A DNA stretch of 63,726 nt, the filler included, from Saprolegnia diclina VS20 (taxonomy: Eukaryota), in assembly GCF_000281045.1 (NCBI RefSeq). It is 22 parts of 18 records of this genome, joined end to end, with 100 filler letters (N's around TTAATTAATTAA, not from the genome) between each part and the next. Parts side by side here need not be neighbours in the genome. Positions count along the whole stretch, not along the records: positions 56,560 to 61,159 come from NW_008246339.1; positions 61,260 to 62,440 come from NW_008246341.1; positions 62,541 to 63,726 come from NW_008246344.1; 19 more parts are not named here. One strand, 5' to 3'. A program made the position numbers and the translations under genes. Position 1 is the first letter of the stretch. Each line of letters starts with the position of its first letter. Of the stretch, positions 57,192 through 63,726 are shown piece by piece. The notes beneath the pieces were generated by a model. It made no database searches and was not told the DNA's origin. It worked only from the letters and a program-made list of their open reading frames with translations.

Positions 57192-58567
57192 GGCGCCAGC
57201 AGAAATAGAGATGGTCGAGACAGGTTAAATACGTTAAAACCTGTGCCGCATGAAATACGGGCCTTTTACCTCACGTGCCTGGACTCTACCCTATAGATTC
57301 TATGGACTGGCTCCATCGCATCTGCCTGTCGCCAGGTTCCAGGTCAAGCGGTCAAGCGGTCTTGCTGGCTCGTGGATAGAGCGTAACAGGGAAATTGAGA
57401 ACCCCTGAATAGTTATGGTTTATATATTAATAGGTCCATAATCGACAAGTTCTCCACATCGATTCCTGCGAGCTGTCTGCATCCTTTTAGGGAGCGCATG
57501 GGACGAGCACGAGTTTGACTTCGCGAAGCTTCCGCGGAATGGCTTCGTTTGGGTACATCCGGATTTAAGGATGATATCCGGATGATGACGTGGCGTTTCG
57601 TGTGGCCAGCATCGAGGCACACAGATTTTGGCATCAAAGGGAATGTGGGTAGATGTTGCGAAAAAGTAACCTCCGCACTACGCGTTGTTAGATTTAGACA
57701 AGGGAATTCTCTTGGATTTAGATTACGTACGTCTTTGAGTAGACTACACACCAAGAAGCGGAGCCCGCGACTGCGTGTACGGCTTCTAGGCGCTTGAGTA
57801 CATGGCGGCCGCGCAGATCGTTCTGCCATCGTCGTCGTCCTGTCGGTGCAAAAAAAACAAATGCGAATTGATGATTTCTTTGAGAATGCCACGGACCACG
57901 CAATTTCCACGCCAAGGTACATCGATCTCGTACTACCCTGGCCGTCGTTTGCGGCAGTTTTTAGTCGCCTGAACGGGATGCATCCAGACGGCTCGGCAAC
58001 AAAACGTAGCACTTGAACAGCTGTGAATGAGAGCCGCAATAAAGACAGCGACGCGGGCTCTGGGAAGTTCCCAGAGCCCTTGGCGATGACGTTTTCCACC
58101 ACGCACAGAACTCACACAATCTCAGCGCCGGTTAGTCTAGCCGGCTGGCTAAGTCGGCTAGCTCAGCCGACTAGCCGAAACCGCTTTCGATTCCAGGCCA
58201 TCAGGGCTCACACGTGACCAGCCTCCGAGCAGTGACTACAGGCAGCGGTCAGCTCCAAGTTGTCGCGCCATCTCGACCGCAAGGGCTTCTCGTGTTGCAT
58301 CTCGTCCGATTTGACCCATTCGGGGTGACATGCTGCACCCAAGGCCCTTTTGACGCGTAAAACGTTGGCGACGTCCACTGCTTTCTCGAGCTACAATAAT
58401 AAAGTGCGAATGTTTTCATACAGCGTCGAGATTTAGTCCCGTTGCGTACTTGGTTTAACGCAGTTTAACGTGCACATTTCATGACAATCCCCGGCAATCC
58501 GGATAAACTACTTTGCAGCACGTCCATTGGCTGAATTGGCGCGCCACCCACAACTGGTCGCCCAACT

Positions 58568-60758
58568 ATGGCAGCGACCTTCGTCAGCACCATCCTTGCG
58601 CAGCCCGCGATCGCATCGATCGTGTTTGCGTTTCAGCTTGGTGTCTATGAAGACGTGCGTACGGCCTTCCACGCCTGCAGCGAGCTCGACGAGTTCATCG
58701 CTGAGCAATGCTGCTACGTGTGCGACGCGTCCTTTGGCCAAGCGTTTGCGCCATCCGCCGAGTGGCCTTCCGATCCTACTACGGGGCCCGTCCGCTTTTC
58801 AGCGCTGGCTCTAAACAAGTCGCGCCGGGATGACCGCCTCCCGCTGCACGTGGCCATTTACAACGGTTTGTTGCCGCTGACCAAGCGCATTCTACGCTGC
58901 CGCCCGGACTTTGCATGAGAAGACGCCATCATCTTGGCCTTTCTGCGAAATTACCTCGACATTGTCGAGTTGCTGCTGAACACACGGGAGCAAATGTCCG
59001 AGCTCTATGAGCGCGTCAACTACGAAAATTACTCGGGCTGTTTTGTGGGTACGTTGCATGTATAATACCTGGACGACGCATAACACGTCATCTAGGGCAC
59101 TCGATCCGGCGCTTCCCAGGTCCGTTTCTCGATACGCTCTTGGCGCGCGATGACACTAAAGGCGTGGCATTGCTGCAGCGCTTTGGCCCGAGCCCCGACG
59201 ACTTTCCCGGACCCCAAAACCAACAAGACGACAAAACACCCGAAAAAGTCCGCCAAGCGGCCATCCAGGCGGCGACGCTCGAGAACGCAACGCTCGCACT
59301 CGACATGCTCCCATGGCTTCAGTACCCCGCCCTCTTCGACGATATTGCGGGCCGAGGCTTCTTGCCGCTCGTACGCTCGCTCCACGAACGCGGCGTCAAC
59401 TGCTCGACGGACGCCATGAACAAGGCGGCGGCCAATGGCCATTTGGAGGTCGTTCGCTTTCTCCATGAGCATCGAAGCGAGGGCTGCACGACGGTGGCCA
59501 TGGACGACGCAGCGACCAACGGCCATCTCGAGGTCGTGCAGTTTCTTCACGAGAACCGGACCGAAGGCTGCACGCATCTTGCGCTCAACTTTGCCATCGT
59601 CAATGGGCGCCTTAATGTCGTACGGTTTCTCATCGAGCACCGCACCGAGAGCGCGTGGGATGGATGTATTGGTCGTGCTGCTGGCAACGGCCACCTCGAG
59701 GTCCTTCAGTACCTCCACAGTCTCGGCTCGTATCGTTGGTCCAACTCTACCGTCGAAAGAGCGAGCGCTGGGGGCCATTTGGAGATTGTCCAGTTCCTCT
59801 TGGCCAACAGAACCGAAGAAAGGGCGTCCGACCTCACTCTTCGAAACGCGTTGACGCACGGGCATTACGCGACGGCCAAGTACCTCGTCTCACGCGGGTG
59901 CACGTGCGCGACGGCAAGTGTGGATTGGGACTGGAGTACCTTTGGCAAGCCCGAGATCATCGATGTCCTGCGACTCTTCATGGACCTTGGCGGTCCCTAC
60001 GATGCCAAGTGGATGCGGGAAGCCTGCGCCAAGAACAACGTGCCGCTCGCTCGCTTTCTTGACGAGGTCGCGGGCAACTGCAATCATGGCCCGCCGCTCC
60101 GAGATGCCATGTCGCACAAGGCGTGGGACGCGGTGCGCTACCTTCTTGCCCACTTGACGACAAACGTCTCAGTCGATGAGCTCAAGCAAGTGCTCAGCTC
60201 CGGTCAATTTGATATCGCAACGCTAATTCTGCGCCGTCAACCACTGATCGGCAAAAACAAATATCTCCTCGGCTGGTTGGCGACCAACCACTACACGGAA
60301 GCGACGCGCTACCTCCTCGCTGCCGGCATTGGCAACCCGCGCAAGTGCCTCGTTGAGATGGAGGTCGTCGACAGCACATGACTGCGAGCAAACTCTTGCT
60401 GCCGCACTGCATGCACGCGATCGACCATCTCGACAACGTCAGCTTTCTTCTCGATCTGCTCGCGCTGCCCGACCGCCGCCGCAAGACGACCCTCCAGCTG
60501 ATCACACACGAGCTCCTGGACCAAGGACGGCAGGCCAGCCAAACGATCGCGCTTCCAACCGACGTGGCAGCCCGCGCATCAACGCTGCTGGAGGCTGGCG
60601 CGGTTGTCGACTGGTCGTTGGCTCTTCTGATTAGCCATCTCCATGCGACAGACGCAACAGCCACCACCAAACAACTCAAGATCAAGGCGGCATTGATCGA
60701 AGACGCCGAGCTCAAGGCGCTGCTCGATCGCCTCCTCGTCAGCAAACGCAAGCGCTGA
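58568..60758 (+). pseudogene. Ankyrin-repeat protein pseudogene
   Basis: AMDxAAxNGHLEVVxFLHExRxEGC repeats; nonsense TGA 58916-58918, a frame break near 59050-59100 and a frameshift near 60361. Confidence 0.82.
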
Positions 60759-62540
60759 GCAAACGATATAGCTTTTCCATTAACTAATACTAGTAGAACA
60801 CGATAGTCATGCGTGAAACGTTGTCCTGCTATGGCAACTCTTGCCTAGTCTCATCCCCTCTTGCTCACTACTAGTAATCCATAGCCGGGACATCCGCACA
60901 ACGACCAGGCATTCAGAAGTTCATTGCAGTTGCCACGCCAAAGTGCATTTTTGCTCTTGCGTCCAGGTATGCCAACATCAGACGCTTGTCCTGTCTAATG
61001 TTTCGGCGTCAATGATTGGTACTAGTACGAGCCATTGGTACGAGCATGCAAGTGTCGATCGCGTTCGGGATCATGGTGTCGTCGATCGTCTCGGACGAGT
61101 TTCACAATCTCGTGCTCACGTTCGAGTCGTCACCGCGCTTCCATCACATTGACGGCGACNNNNNNNNNNNNNNNNNNNNNNNNNNNNNNNNNNNNNNNNN
61201 NNNTTAATTAATTAANNNNNNNNNNNNNNNNNNNNNNNNNNNNNNNNNNNNNNNNNNNNGCATCAAGTTCGAGTGCATAGCATCGCTTTGAGCTGCGGCA
61301 TCATTTCGCTACTTGCAGTTGGCAAACTCTGAGCAACACGTTGTATGAGCACTCCGTCTGGCAACATGGGGCCTGTTGTGTCTGGTTCGGTCAAGCCATG
61401 CCAGGTCGATGCAAGCGCGTATCGCTGGAGAGTTATGACTCCAGAAAGCGAGAAGCCTAGAGTCTTGGTAGCTTGTGTGCGTGGTGTAGACAGGATAGTG
61501 CTTAGGTGCCATATACGGATGATGTCCGGTAGCGACCCTATACGGTAGTGACCCAGCAAAGAGCCTCTTGACGAAGGTCTCATCCGGCACAGCCTATCGT
61601 TCTATCCACAACGCTGGCCTCCATAGTCTCAGTTCCCAATCTGCCTTCGTGGCGTAATGCAATACAACTGCCTGCTTCCTGGGAGATGGCTCTCCCCTCG
61701 CTGCGTTGTTTGCGTTGCACTGCGGAAGCCACCACAAGCCTTCCAGTGTGCAGTTGACTGCACCAGTTGCCGAACCGACGGATTCTCAAGAGCAAAGTCA
61801 GCTGCGACACATCCGCGAGCCCCTCGCACAAAAAATTCGACTTCCGNNNNNNNNNNNNNNNNNNNNNNNNNNNNNNNNNNNNNNNNNNNNNNNNNNNNNN
61901 NNNNNNNNNNNNNNNNNNNNNNNNNNNNNNNNNNNNNNNNNNNNNNGGATTCTCAAGAGCAAAGTCAGCTGCGACACATCCGCGAGCCCCTCGCACAAAA
62001 AATTCGACTTCCGGTCATTTCTGGCGAGCTCTTCGTTTGAGACCAGACACTGTCCTGCGCACACTTGCCTCTCAAAAAGCCGAACAACCACGCCTGGGAC
62101 AAGAAGAATACGATGCGTTTTACAGTGCCGTTGGTCCACGATGACTACAGGGCTGTGCTGCGAATGTACACTGGGGTAGTAGGATCGTCGTCCACTGTAT
62201 GTTTTGCTTGCAGAGCATTGCAGTGCCAGCGTCGATCACAATCGAGTAAGCGTGCTCGTACGTGTATCACGAGTGTATCTCGCGTTGTGACTGGCGCACG
62301 ATTGAGATTTAACGCCCCGCGACGCTCATAGGCTACCGCCGCACCCGCTGGTTGCGGTTTTGTCGTCCCACTCGACGATTTCGGCGAGTGGCGACCTATT
62401 TTATCGAAGGCTGCTTGCTCCTCTCTGTCTTTTCCGAACGNNNNNNNNNNNNNNNNNNNNNNNNNNNNNNNNNNNNNNNNNNNNTTAATTAATTAANNNN
62501 NNNNNNNNNNNNNNNNNNNNNNNNNNNNNNNNNNNNNNNN

Positions 62541-62846
62541 GCAGCCGTTGCAACGGGCGAGGAGCTTGCCGGTGTCGGCCTGCACCGTGATGAGGTCGCC
62601 GTCATTGAACGTGCACGCCGGCGACGGTGCCTGTTGGAGCATGTTGGCGTTGACCACCGTCGGCATCATGGGCTGCGTGTCCGCGGCAGCCGCCGAGTAC
62701 GCGCCAAGGAACGCGAGGCTCGTACCGAGCGCGATGAGGGCCTTGCGCGTGCGAGACACTTTGGGCGCGACGGCTTCGTCCTTCATGAGGAGTTGTTCTT
62801 CCTTGACGAGAAGGTGCTTTTGCGAACTGTCCGTCTCGATCGGCAT
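62541..62846 (-). CDS. Fascin-like beta-trefoil protein with N-terminal membrane anchor (3' partial)
   Basis: Hydrophobic segment then CTFNDGDLITVQADTGKLLARCNGC; same motif as 50675-51283. Confidence 0.6.
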
Positions 62847-63141
62847 GTTGGTGGCTGTCGTGTTTGAGGCGAATGCGAAAATGAAATGTGGTGGCGGAAT
62901 TTGAGTCCATTCGAACATTTTGCGACAGGATTCGGTTTCGGTTTCGCTCTCTAGAAAGGCGCGTCTTTTGTGGGGTCAATGTACGTTCATGCGCCTGTTC
63001 GGCCCAATCTTCGAACAACAAGCTTGTTGTTTTGCATATATCTCGTATTGCAATTGTAGAAACATTGCAAACACCAACATTCGTATATCTTCGCCGTCGA
63101 TACCCTTGGATCGAGTGGCGTGTGGGACACTTACGTGGCCT

Positions 63142-63726
63142 CGGCGTCCAAACGAAACAGTTACATCGGTGAGCGGCTGTTAGGACAGGAGTTCCTTGTG
63201 TGGTGATCCATGCGTCGAGTACAGTGCGTTTTCGATTGTACTAGTACTGTCGGAAGCTTTGCAGGTCGGGGCGCTGAGAGCTCCTCGTTCACGGCGACGA
63301 CCGTCACGGCTGGTTGCGACGTCTGGCAAGCTCGGAAAATACGTGACAGACCTCCTTCCCCATCGTCAAGTATTTTTCCTGCAAAGACGACCACTTCACG
63401 ACATTGGTGGAGAATGAGGGTACCGACACTACTGGTTCAGGTCCCTCGCGTGAAGCCTCGTCGTCGTGGACGCACTGGTGATCTGCCAAGCGTCGGCGCA
63501 TCGACCATCCGGACCAAGATCACCAGGAGCGACGATCGTCGCGCAGCTGCCTGCCGAGACGACAAGCCTTCGCCAGACACCACGGCGACCCGTTTCGACT
63601 ACACCGAAACGCTCGCGACGACGACAGTACAATCGAAAACGCACTGTACTCGACGCATGGATCACCACACAAGGAACTCCTATCCTAACAGGCGCTCACC
63701 GATGTAACTGTTTTGTTTGGACGCCG
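63142..63726. repeat. Inverted repeat of at least 101 bp (63142-63242 / 63626-63726) with 383-bp spacer, running off the window end
   Basis: Three mismatches counted over 101 bp. Confidence 0.92.

Noticed and set aside
57255..57275. U5 snRNA loop-1 motif GCCTTTTAC (also minus strand at ~37939)
   Set aside because: No closing stem or Sm site; chance 9-mer in a promoter.
61781..62012. ~66-bp direct repeat flanking the 100-N gap
   Set aside because: Identical sequence on both sides of a nominal gap is an unmerged contig overlap.
5413..62540. Regularly recurring TTAATTAATTAA flanked by N runs, as a repeat array or CRISPR-like feature
   Set aside because: Fixed 100-bp format with stops in all six frames; an assembly linker. 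Cross-linker gene neighbourhoods are meaningless.

Overview
Eukaryotic, GC-rich DNA that is almost certainly oomycete, with a Saprolegniales-like gene content: AA17 LPMOs, CBM1 and PAN/Apple secreted proteins, secreted tyrosinases, PDR/ABCC transporters, GT-AG introns of about 40-60 nt and INR-FPR core promoters. The window is not one locus. It is a concatenation of 22 small unplaced scaffolds joined by an artificial 100-bp spacer (N44-TTAATTAATTAA-N44), so adjacency only means something inside a scaffold. It holds roughly 30 genes or gene fragments, several pseudogenes (PDR transporter, GH5 glucanase, LRR, ankyrin), two PIF/Harbinger-type TIR elements, allelic or duplicated scaffolds and recurrent head-to-head inverted gene duplications. 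The best candidate for an undescribed system is a DUF2828 gene (helical + vWA, TROVE/Ro60-like architecture) lying head-to-head with about 500 nt of densely base-paired non-coding sequence. That sequence looks like two candidate ncRNA units, each preceded by TGCCACGTTTT, and the second carries Pol III A/B-box-like motifs and a tRNA-like T-arm. Other leads are an AA17-CBM1 fusion pair, a divergent pair of unannotated 54/56-aa basic microproteins, a Uma2-like nuclease, an intact METTL4-like methyltransferase and a strongly over-represented TACTAGTA palindrome. All family assignments come from motif recognition by eye; no database search was run.
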